DNA from: Acaryochloris marina S15
GTDB lineage: Bacteria; Cyanobacteriota; Cyanobacteriia; Thermosynechococcales; Thermosynechococcaceae
DNA: 32,000 bases
Reading direction: 5' to 3'
Assembly: GCF_018336915.1 (NCBI RefSeq)
Contig: NZ_CP064923.1
Location: 5,790,001-5,822,000, forward strand
This document shows, piece by piece, positions 18,459 to 25,742 of this stretch. The notes beneath the pieces were generated by a model. The model was not told where the DNA came from. It was given only the letters and a program-made list of their open reading frames with translations, and did not search any database. The position numbers and the translations under genes were made by a program. Position 1 is the first letter of the stretch. Every line of letters begins with the position of its first letter.

Positions 18459-20026
18459 CCATTACTCAAGATTTCGCTGGCGACCCCCAAAGACCTTCGA
18501 CTGAATCAGAGCAAAATGTATTACCCCTAACAAAGGGCCGTCCCACAAAAGAGAAGCCGTTTGATCGGCCAGTCATTCTCCAGCAATCTCCGGTTTGGTC
18601 TAGAGCGATCATTTGGGGGATTGTGGGCGCTGCTTCGGCAGCATTGGCATGGGCCTGTTTGTTTCAAATTGAAGAAGCGATTCCTGCAACTGGCCAGCTA
18701 GAACCCCAGGGAGCAGTCAAACCCATCCAATCTCCGGTTACAGGTGTTGTGACAGAGATCAAAGTTGACGAAGGACAGTTGGTTAAAGCCGGCGATCCAT
18801 TGATTTTTCTGAACGCAAAAGGCACGAACTCTGAAATCAAGTCCCTAGAAGATCAACTTGACCAACTCCGTGAAGTCAACAAATATTACCGCCAGCAGCT
18901 AGAAGGAAATAGTGTTGCCCCGCTTCCAGATGTGATTAATGTCGAGTTGATTAATGCGACGCGTGATCGGCGGGCCCTCGTCGCTGAGAATAAACTATTC
19001 AGAGCCCAACTGAATGGAGCGAAAAACGCTAAAGCCTTTTCACCGGAAGAGCAACAGCGCTTGAAGTCTGGGTTGTTGCAAGGCTCGTCTAGTGTAGCGG
19101 CTGCCCAAGCCCGAGTGATGCAAGGTGAAAAACAGCTGCGCCAAATTGAAGTGCAGCTAGAGCAGACCAAAATTCAATTAGCTAGTGCTCAACAGACCTT
19201 GTCTCTGAATCAAGAGATTGTTAAAGATATTGAAGAGGCCCACAAGAAAGGGGCAATTGCCCGGGTTCAATTTAAACGTCAAGAAGATGAAGTGCAGTCT
19301 GGTCAAGCAGAAGTCTCTCGTCTGCAGCAAGAGCAAATTCGCTTGTTACGTCAAATGGAGCAAATTGGTCAAGAGAAGGTACAGTCTCAAGCACAAGCTC
19401 TCAATACAGTAGCCACCAACCAGCGAGATTTGTTGGATCGGATTGCCGCAAATGAAAAACAGATCACGGAAATCGATAGCCAGCTCACCAAAGCGGTCGT
19501 TGATAATAAAAGAGCAATTGCAGATTTAAACAGTCGTTTGACACAAGCCCAACTAACTCGCGAGTATCAAGTGTTGAAAGCACCTGTGGATGGGTTGGTG
19601 TTTGATCTCCAGCCTAGTGGACCTGGCTTTGTGGTGAATGCGAGTGAGCCGATTTTGAAAATTGTGCCGTCTGATAGTCTAAAGGCCAAAGTCTACATCA
19701 CCAATAAAGATATTGGCTTTATTCAAACAGGAATGCCTGTCGATGTACGAGTCGATTCGTTTAACTTTAGTGAATTTGGCGATATTGAAGGAACCATTGA
19801 GTCCATTGGCTCTGATGCTTTACCGCCAACGGAGGTGCGCCAGTTTTACAGCTTTCCAGCCATGGTGCAGTTAGATTCACAAACATTAGAGGCTAAGGGG
19901 CGTAATCTAGATTTGCAGTCTGGGATGTCTGTCAGTGTCAATATCAAAGTACGCAAGCGACCTATCATTAGTTTGATTACCGATCGCTTTTCCAAGGAAG
20001 CCGATGGCATTAAGCATTTACGCTAA
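18455..20026 (+). CDS. HlyD-family periplasmic adaptor (membrane fusion protein) of the T1SS
   Basis: 523 aa with a single N-terminal TM (AIIWGIVGAASAALAWACLF), a lipoyl-like segment, a long Q/E-rich coiled coil and a C-terminal beta-barrel segment. There is an ATGA overlap with the ABC gene at 18455-18458. Confidence 0.9.
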   Translation: MTITQDFAGDPQRPSTESEQNVLPLTKGRPTKEKPFDRPVILQQSPVWSRAIIWGIVGAASAALAWACLFQIEEAIPATGQLEPQGAVKPIQSPVTGVVTEIKVDEGQLVKAGDPLIFLNAKGTNSEIKSLEDQLDQLREVNKYYRQQLEGNSVAPLPDVINVELINATRDRRALVAENKLFRAQLNGAKNAKAFSPEEQQRLKSGLLQGSSSVAAAQARVMQGEKQLRQIEVQLEQTKIQLASAQQTLSLNQEIVKDIEEAHKKGAIARVQFKRQEDEVQSGQAEVSRLQQEQIRLLRQMEQIGQEKVQSQAQALNTVATNQRDLLDRIAANEKQITEIDSQLTKAVVDNKRAIADLNSRLTQAQLTREYQVLKAPVDGLVFDLQPSGPGFVVNASEPILKIVPSDSLKAKVYITNKDIGFIQTGMPVDVRVDSFNFSEFGDIEGTIESIGSDALPPTEVRQFYSFPAMVQLDSQTLEAKGRNLDLQSGMSVSVNIKVRKRPIISLITDRFSKEADGIKHLR

Positions 20027-20079
20027 GTCGTAAAAGCCCTGACTTAGTGGCATGTGCTTTCAGCTCAGCAGCTTGGTTC

Positions 20080-20109
20080 AAAAAAGCCCTGACGAAATGT
20101 CGTCAGGGC
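20080..20109 (-). terminator. Rho-independent terminator for the small minus-strand ORFs
   Basis: The stem is GCCCTGACG (20086-20094) / CGTCAGGGC (20101-20109) with a 6-nt loop. On the minus strand it is followed by TTTTTT (complement of 20080-20085). There is no U-tract in the plus orientation. Confidence 0.65.
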
Positions 20110-20174
20110 AGCATCATCAGGTATGTGACATGAGCGCTGGATCATTCGCCTAGAGATGTGCTATTTCTTCGGAA

Positions 20175-20303
20175 TCACTCTGACTCGTTCATACTTTCTA
20201 CATCTAAATCGAGCAGCATAAAACTTTTAATCTCTGTATCAGATAAAAAGAGAGACTGCTCAATAGGGGAGATAGTTGTGCTTAAAGTGTTGTGGAGAGT
20301 CAT
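20175..20303 (-). CDS. Small acidic protein, paralog A (42 aa, C-terminally shorter)
   Basis: My translation is MTLHNTLSTTISPIEQSLFLSDTEIKSFMLLDLDVESMNESE. It is paralogous to 20385..20585. The ORF is below the track threshold and is supported by the synonymous-rich substitution pattern between the two copies. Confidence 0.4.
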   Translation of the reverse strand: MTLHNTLSTTISPIEQSLFLSDTEIKSFMLLDLDVESMNESE

Positions 20304-20384
20304 GGTTGTAAGCGTCTGGGGGAGTGCTGTCTGAAAGGCAAAGGGATCAATATTGGATATGTGGTGTAAGGCTAGGTCATTCGC

Positions 20385-20585
20385 CTAGAGATGTGCCAAC
20401 TCTCCTTCAATTCCAAGCCCTTCATTCATACTTTCTACATCTAAATCGATCAGCATGAAACTTTTAATTTCTGCGTCAGATAAAAAGAGAGACTGCTCAG
20501 TATAGGAGGCAGTTGTGCTTAAGGTGTTGAGAAGAGTCATGGTTTGAATGTTTTGGAGAAGTGCTATCTGAGAGGTCTGAGTCAT
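20385..20585 (-). CDS. Small acidic protein, paralog B (66 aa; alternative start ATG 20540 gives 51 aa)
   Basis: This is the ORF-track entry. Its core EQSLFLSDAEIKSFMLIDLDVESMNE is shared with paralog A. Over 40 aligned codons there are 7 synonymous and 6 non-synonymous differences. Confidence 0.5.
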   Translation of the reverse strand: MTQTSQIALLQNIQTMTLLNTLSTTASYTEQSLFLSDAEIKSFMLIDLDVESMNEGLGIEGELAHL

Positions 20586-20773
20586 TGGGGTAGTCGGGGT
20601 TGGTTGCTTATAGATATAGACTAACCATTACAGTAAGCTTGAGAGTCAAGAGAAATTTGTATAAGAATAAATTATACTTGGCGTTTCTTCCATATACCTG
20701 ATGGCTTAAAAGCCATATATAGAAAGACTTTACGTATGACTAATGTTTTTTTGTGGATATACATTTTGCAGAC

Positions 20774-20807
20774 AAAAAAACTGCTCTGGCAGCACCAGAG
20801 CAGTTTT
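20774..20807 (-). terminator. Rho-independent terminator of the giant RTX gene (bidirectional-looking)
   Basis: The stem is CTGCTCTGG (20781-20789) / CCAGAGCAG (20795-20803) with a 5-nt loop. An A7 run precedes it and T4 follows on the plus strand, so the minus-strand RNA reads hairpin plus U7. It lies 65 nt downstream of the stop at 20872. Confidence 0.8.
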
Positions 20808-20871
20808 CGCTTTAAAGTCTAAGGAGTTTTACGGGGTCTTGGCCGCTTTACGACTTCAGAATTAGGAGCCC

Positions 20872-23800
20872 CTAGATATAGATGAAAGAGCTGTCTTCCA
20901 AGCTGAAAACAGAGTCACTCATAACATTAGCAATCAGCTCATCAGCACCACCATTAGAATCCAAATAGATTCCGGTGCCGCCCATGCCAGGTGCTGAAGC
21001 GCCTAAGACATAGTCGGATGCGGAGCCACTGAGTTGGATCATATCCTCACCTCCATTGAAGTCGGTAATGACAGCAAAGTCATTCAGACCTGCAGATGTA
21101 TCATCGCCGTCGTTGTAGTAGGCAACATCACCACCGAGGACGAAATAGTCTGCACCTTCATCTCCAGTCAGATAGTCAATGGAACCACTGCCTTTGAGGG
21201 TGTCGCTGTTGGCACCGACTAAGACATCAGCACCACTCCCACCCAGAAGGGTGTCATTACCTTCGTGGCCGATTAAGGTGTCGTTGTTAGCACCGCCTTC
21301 CAGCATATCGTTGCCAGCGCCAGCATAGAGGGCATCGGTCCCGTCACCACCTAGCAGTTGGTTATTTCCAGTGCTGCCAAACAGAACATCATTGCCAACG
21401 CCACCATCTAATAAGTCATTGCCCGTATCGGCATAAAGGGAATCATTTCCTTCTCCTCCTAGAAGTGTGTCAATACCAGACCCACCGAAGAGCTGGTCAT
21501 TGCCACTGCCCCCTTCGAGCACATCATTACCGCTACCACCTTTGAGGTGGTCTGCACCCGCACCCGCACTAAGGATATCGTCATTACTGCCGCCGTCTAG
21601 GGTGTCTTTACCGTCGCCACTGGTGAGGGTGTCATTGCCTGATCCACCTTTGAGGTTGTTGTTGCCACCCGTCGTGGTCAAGACATCATCCCCGGCACCT
21701 CCATCTAAACGGTCACTGCCGCTGCCACTAGAGAGGGTGTCATTTCCACCCTGGCCATAGAGCTTCACTTTGGCACCATTAGTGGATGTAATTTGGTCAT
21801 TACCACTGTTGGCAGAAAGGGTTTCGATACCAACGGCATCGATATTCATGTTCAGGTCAGAGGTGCTTTGAAAGTAAGCCGTATCTGTACCTGTACCACC
21901 TTCAACAACGGTATCGTCAGCATCGAAGTAGAGTTTATCGTTGCCCGCGCCCCCGATGAGTTGGTCTGCACCTGCATCCCCTTTCAGGATGTCGTTTCCA
22001 GACCCGGCATCTAAGAGGTCATCGCCACTGCCGCCAAGCAGGCTGTCGTTTCCACTATCAGCGCTGAGGGTATCGTTTCCAGACCCACCGTCTAAGGTGT
22101 CTTTGCCCCCGGCGGTAGTCAAGCTATCGTTGCCGTCGCCACCGAATAGGGCATTGTTACCACCGCTAGAAGATAAGACATCGTTACCACTGCCACCGTC
22201 TAAACGATCGTTGCCGCTGCTGCTAGTGAGGGTGTCATCGCCAGCCAGACCATACATTTTAATGTTGGTGCCATTGCTAGAGGTGAACTGGTCGTTCCCA
22301 GCATTACCGTGAATTTCTTCAATGCTGACATCATCAATATTGAGAGTTAGACCATCGCTACTTTGGAGTTTGGCAACATCTGTACCGTCGCCACCGTCAA
22401 AGGTATCGTCACCATCGAAGTTAATGGTATCGTTACCTGCGCCGCCCAATAAAGTATCGGCCCCAGCATTGCCTGAGAGAACATCGTTGCCCTCTTGACC
22501 TTCTAGGAGGTCATCTCCCGTACCACCCGAGAGAATGTCATTGCCTGCCCCAGCAAGAATGGTGTCATTACCGATTCCCCCATCGAGATTGTCATGGCCG
22601 GTGCCTCCAGTGATGCTGTCATCTCCAGCTTCACCATGAATTTCAACATTCTCGGTCCCGGAATTGGTAAAGACATCATCGCCGCCAGAACCGTAGGCCA
22701 ATTCAATTTGGCTAGCGCCTAGATCTAGGGTGACGGGCTGATTGCCTTGAGCACGAGCGATGTCGTAACCGTCGCCACCATCGACTACGGTATCATCCGC
22801 ATCGAACAGCAATGTGTCAGAGCCGTCACCCCCATACAGTTCATCTGCTCCGTCGCCACCGACCAACATGTCATTCTCAGTGCCACCTTCGAGGATGTCA
22901 TCCCCAGCATTACCTTCAAGGTAGTCATGGCCTGCCCCACCGGAAATCAGGTCGTTGCCTTCACCTGCGATGGCAGTATCTTCACCCGCTCCACCAGCTA
23001 GGGTATCGTCACCAGTGCCGCCTTCTAGATAGTCATTAGCTGAGCCACCGGATAACTGGTCATCACCACCGTTACCGAACAAAGCAACCGTCGTAGAAGC
23101 TGGAGTACCAGCACCATTCGTATTAGTGAAAATATCATCCCCACTATTGCCGTGGGCTTCATTAAAGCTGTTAGCACCTGCATCAAAGACGACACCTTCA
23201 GCCGATTCCACCATGGCGATGTCATAGCCTTCACCACCCAGGATTTGGGTGTCAGCAGCATCAATGAACACAACGTCATTGCCATCGCCACCTAAGAGAG
23301 TATCTGCGCCTGCACCGCCACTAATGGCATCATTGCCGCTGCCCCCATCGATAAAATCATCTCCAGCATTACCGGAGAGCCATTCGTCATTACCTGCATT
23401 ACCCGAAATGACGTCAGCGCCTTCGCCCCCTTCAATGACATCTTGGCCGTCGCCACCACTGAGTTGGTCAGCGCCTTCACCGCCGCTCAAGTAGTCGTTG
23501 CCTGCATCACCTGAGAGGACATCATCTCCGGCATCACCCATAAGGACGTCTTTTTCTTCTCCACCGAAGAGGGTATCGTTGCCAGCGCCCCCTTCCAGAA
23601 TGTCTAAGCCAGCTTCTCCTTTCAGGAGATCGGCATTATCGCCGCCACCCAAGGAGTCGTTGCCAGCACCGCCGTATAGCGTATCTAGTCCAGCATCGCC
23701 TTGGAGAATGTCATTGCCAGCGTCACCGGTCAGTAGGTCATCACCGGCACCGCCGAGGACTGTATCATCGGCTTCACCCCCAGAAACGGTATCATTTCCT

Positions 23801-25569
23801 TCGCCCCCAGAAACGATGTCGCTGCCGAGACCGCCTTCTACGAGGTCATTGCCAGCACCACCGTCGACCCAAAAGTCATCTCCTTCGCCCCCTTTAAGAA
23901 TGTCATCGCCAGCATCGCCTTTGAGGACATCGTTTCCGGCATCTCCTTCTAAGACATCATTGCCGAGACCACCGCTGAGAGTGTCACTGCCGAGACCACC
24001 ACTGAGCTGGTCCTGGCCTTCGCCCCCATCGACGATGTCATTGCCGGCATCACCTGTGAGAACGTCATCGCCTGCATTACCGAGGACGGTGTCATTGCCG
24101 TCGCCACCGCTAACAGTATCTTGGTCTGCCCCACCCGCAACGACATCATTGCCGAGGCCGCCTTCAACGAGGTCATTGCCTGCACCACCGTCAACCCAGT
24201 AGTCGTTGCCTTCTCCAGCATTCAGGTAATCATTACCCGCATCGCCCATTAGGACATCATTACCCGTGTTACCGAGGAGGATATCTGCACCTTCCCCACC
24301 GGACATCACATCTTCGCCAGCCCCGCCATCGATTAAATCAGCGCCTTCGCCACCGGAGAGCCAACCATCGTTACCCGCGCCACCGTCTATGGTGTCATTG
24401 CCCTGGCCACCTTCGATGGCATCCATACCCTCATCTCCAGAGAGCAGGTCATCGCCTAATCCACCACTAACAAAGTCATGACCAGCACCACCGCTGATGG
24501 TGTCTTGTCCCGCATCTCCGTAAAGAACGTCTTGGTCACCTTCGCCAGTAATAAGGTCGTCGCCTTCGCCACCGTGAATATTGTCATCGCCTTGACCCCC
24601 GGATAAGGTATCTGTACCCGTGCCTCCGTCCATATGGTCAACTTGTTCGCCGCCGAACAGGGCATCGTCGCCTGCTCCCCCGGTGAGGGTGTCATCATTG
24701 GCACCGCCATAGAGGGTATCGTTGCCTTCACCCCCATCCATGATGTCGTTACCTTCCTCGCCGTAGAGGGCATCGTTGCCTTCGCCGCCAGACATCCAAT
24801 AGTCGTCACCCGCACCCCCTATCAGCTCATCGTTGCCGGCTTCTCCCATGAGGATGTCGTTGCCGGATTGACCTAGGATTTTGTCATCTCCCAGACCGCC
24901 CTTAAGGGTGTCGGCACCTGCACCGCCGTCTAGTAAGTCAGCACCAGTACCGCCGTCGATATAATCTGTACCAGAACCCGCTAATAAAGTATCTTGGCCT
25001 TCATTGCCAAGGAGGTTGTCATTGCCTGTGCCACCGGTGACAAAATCATTGCCTTCGCCGCCACTGAGAATATCGTTGCCTGCGTCTCCATGCAGGGTGT
25101 CGTCGCCAGCTTCACCGGCTAGCCAGTAGTCATCTCCTTGACCACCAATGATCATGTCTGCGCCTTGATCGCCCATGATGGCGTCTTTACCTAAGCCACC
25201 GATGAGGACATCATTACCAACGCCACCTAGTAAGAGGTCGTCGTTTTGGGTGCCGCTAATAGCATTGGGATCAGCGAAACCCGCACCACTCTCATCTACT
25301 GGACCGCTATAGATATAGTTGCCATTGGCGTCTTGTTGCCAGTTTTGGGTACCGCCTTCATCACCATGCATCCAGTCGTTGCCTTGGCTGCCAGAGAGCG
25401 TATCGTTGCCCGTGCCACCTTTAACGACATCATCACCTTCGTTACCCGAAAGCCACATATCATCGCCTTCGCCACCGATAATGGTATCGTCGCCTTCATT
25501 GCCGACGACGACGTCATCTGCTTCTGAGCCAAATAGTGCTTCGCTGTTTTCAGTACCAAATACTTGCAT
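20872..25569 (-). CDS. Giant RTX / hemolysin-type calcium-binding repeat protein, probable T1SS substrate
   Basis: 1565 aa, starting directly with repeats and no signal peptide. GGxGxDxLx nonapeptides run along almost the whole length, well over 100 units by eye. Four ~75-aa spacer modules interrupt them, and a ~110-aa non-repeat C-terminus (..DFAVITDFNGGEDMIQLSG..SVFSLEDSSFIYI) follows. Confidence 0.95.
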   Translation of the reverse strand: MQVFGTENSEALFGSEADDVVVGNEGDDTIIGGEGDDMWLSGNEGDDVVKGGTGNDTLSGSQGNDWMHGDEGGTQNWQQDANGNYIYSGPVDESGAGFADPNAISGTQNDDLLLGGVGNDVLIGGLGKDAIMGDQGADMIIGGQGDDYWLAGEAGDDTLHGDAGNDILSGGEGNDFVTGGTGNDNLLGNEGQDTLLAGSGTDYIDGGTGADLLDGGAGADTLKGGLGDDKILGQSGNDILMGEAGNDELIGGAGDDYWMSGGEGNDALYGEEGNDIMDGGEGNDTLYGGANDDTLTGGAGDDALFGGEQVDHMDGGTGTDTLSGGQGDDNIHGGEGDDLITGEGDQDVLYGDAGQDTISGGAGHDFVSGGLGDDLLSGDEGMDAIEGGQGNDTIDGGAGNDGWLSGGEGADLIDGGAGEDVMSGGEGADILLGNTGNDVLMGDAGNDYLNAGEGNDYWVDGGAGNDLVEGGLGNDVVAGGADQDTVSGGDGNDTVLGNAGDDVLTGDAGNDIVDGGEGQDQLSGGLGSDTLSGGLGNDVLEGDAGNDVLKGDAGDDILKGGEGDDFWVDGGAGNDLVEGGLGSDIVSGGEGNDTVSGGEADDTVLGGAGDDLLTGDAGNDILQGDAGLDTLYGGAGNDSLGGGDNADLLKGEAGLDILEGGAGNDTLFGGEEKDVLMGDAGDDVLSGDAGNDYLSGGEGADQLSGGDGQDVIEGGEGADVISGNAGNDEWLSGNAGDDFIDGGSGNDAISGGAGADTLLGGDGNDVVFIDAADTQILGGEGYDIAMVESAEGVVFDAGANSFNEAHGNSGDDIFTNTNGAGTPASTTVALFGNGGDDQLSGGSANDYLEGGTGDDTLAGGAGEDTAIAGEGNDLISGGAGHDYLEGNAGDDILEGGTENDMLVGGDGADELYGGDGSDTLLFDADDTVVDGGDGYDIARAQGNQPVTLDLGASQIELAYGSGGDDVFTNSGTENVEIHGEAGDDSITGGTGHDNLDGGIGNDTILAGAGNDILSGGTGDDLLEGQEGNDVLSGNAGADTLLGGAGNDTINFDGDDTFDGGDGTDVAKLQSSDGLTLNIDDVSIEEIHGNAGNDQFTSSNGTNIKMYGLAGDDTLTSSSGNDRLDGGSGNDVLSSSGGNNALFGGDGNDSLTTAGGKDTLDGGSGNDTLSADSGNDSLLGGSGDDLLDAGSGNDILKGDAGADQLIGGAGNDKLYFDADDTVVEGGTGTDTAYFQSTSDLNMNIDAVGIETLSANSGNDQITSTNGAKVKLYGQGGNDTLSSGSGSDRLDGGAGDDVLTTTGGNNNLKGGSGNDTLTSGDGKDTLDGGSNDDILSAGAGADHLKGGSGNDVLEGGSGNDQLFGGSGIDTLLGGEGNDSLYADTGNDLLDGGVGNDVLFGSTGNNQLLGGDGTDALYAGAGNDMLEGGANNDTLIGHEGNDTLLGGSGADVLVGANSDTLKGSGSIDYLTGDEGADYFVLGGDVAYYNDGDDTSAGLNDFAVITDFNGGEDMIQLSGSASDYVLGASAPGMGGTGIYLDSNGGADELIANVMSDSVFSLEDSSFIYI
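21445..22428 (-). repeat. Internal ~492-bp (164-aa) super-repeat, two copies, within the RTX gene
   Basis: Residues 1048-1211 and 1212-1375 align by eye: (I/L)(N/Y)FD(G/A)DDT..GG.GTD.A..QS(S/T)(D/S).L.(L/M)NID.(V)(S/G)IE....N(A/S)GNDQ(F/I)TS(S/T)NG...K(M/L)YG..G(D/N)DTL(T/S)S.SG(N/S)DRLDGG.G(N/D)DVL...GGNN.. Confidence 0.75.
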
Positions 25570-25573
25570 GGTT

Positions 25574-25580
25574 TCCCCCT
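25574..25580 (-). promoter_or_regulatory. Shine-Dalgarno-like AGGGGGA for the RTX gene
   Basis: The minus strand reads ..CCAGGGGGAAACC ATG, with a purine-rich block 4-10 nt upstream of the ATG at 25569. Confidence 0.5.
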
Positions 25581-25742
25581 GGTTTGTAATTCTTCTTAAC
25601 GCTAATTGTTCAAGTTAACTGGAGTGTCAATAGATCAAGCTATAAAAAAAACTTATGTAATTGACACGAATAGATAGGACAGTTTGTGGACTCCATGAAT
25701 AGGTGAAGTCCGGTAGATCAGAAACGATGGTTGAGATATGGA

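Larger units (their letters stand above)
20142..20600 (-). repeat. Tandem duplication (~235-bp unit, two copies), each copy carrying a small acidic ORF
   Basis: The unit boundary TCATTCGCCTAGAGATGTGC occurs at 20142-20161 and again at 20377-20396. The interiors align base for base with scattered substitutions. Confidence 0.85.

Noticed and set aside
20304-20384. Possible stop-codon read-through joining paralog B to paralog A. The two ORFs are in the same frame, separated by a single TAG and 27 sense codons.
   Set aside because: An open stretch of 27 codons arises by chance with probability of roughly one in four. No read-through context or selenocysteine/pyrrolysine element is evident. Homology upstream of the A start simply reflects the DNA duplication.
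20175-20585. The small tandem ORFs as double-glycine (GG) bacteriocin or lanthipeptide-type precursors processed by the adjacent C39 transporter.
   Set aside because: The peptides have no GG/GA/GS cleavage motif after the LSDxEIKS stretch. The transporter's C39-like domain appears to lack the Cys/His/Asp triad, so leader cleavage is unlikely. They are kept as an unknown-family finding instead.
20142-20600. The tandem repeat as a CRISPR array or mobile-element terminal repeat.
   Set aside because: There are only two copies of a long (~235 bp) unit with homologous interiors, and no short repeat/spacer alternation. There are no cas genes, no transposase and no target-site duplications.
21034-25618. 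Many long plus-strand ORFs (62-234 aa) rich in P/S/A, antisense to the giant RTX gene. An example is 23498..24202.
   Set aside because: They are the reverse-complement reading of GGxGxD codon repeats (GGN/GAY read backwards gives P/S/V/I runs). They have no independent start context, they tile the sense gene, and the alternative-frame minus ORFs are similar artefacts. The 1565-aa minus-strand frame explains the whole region.
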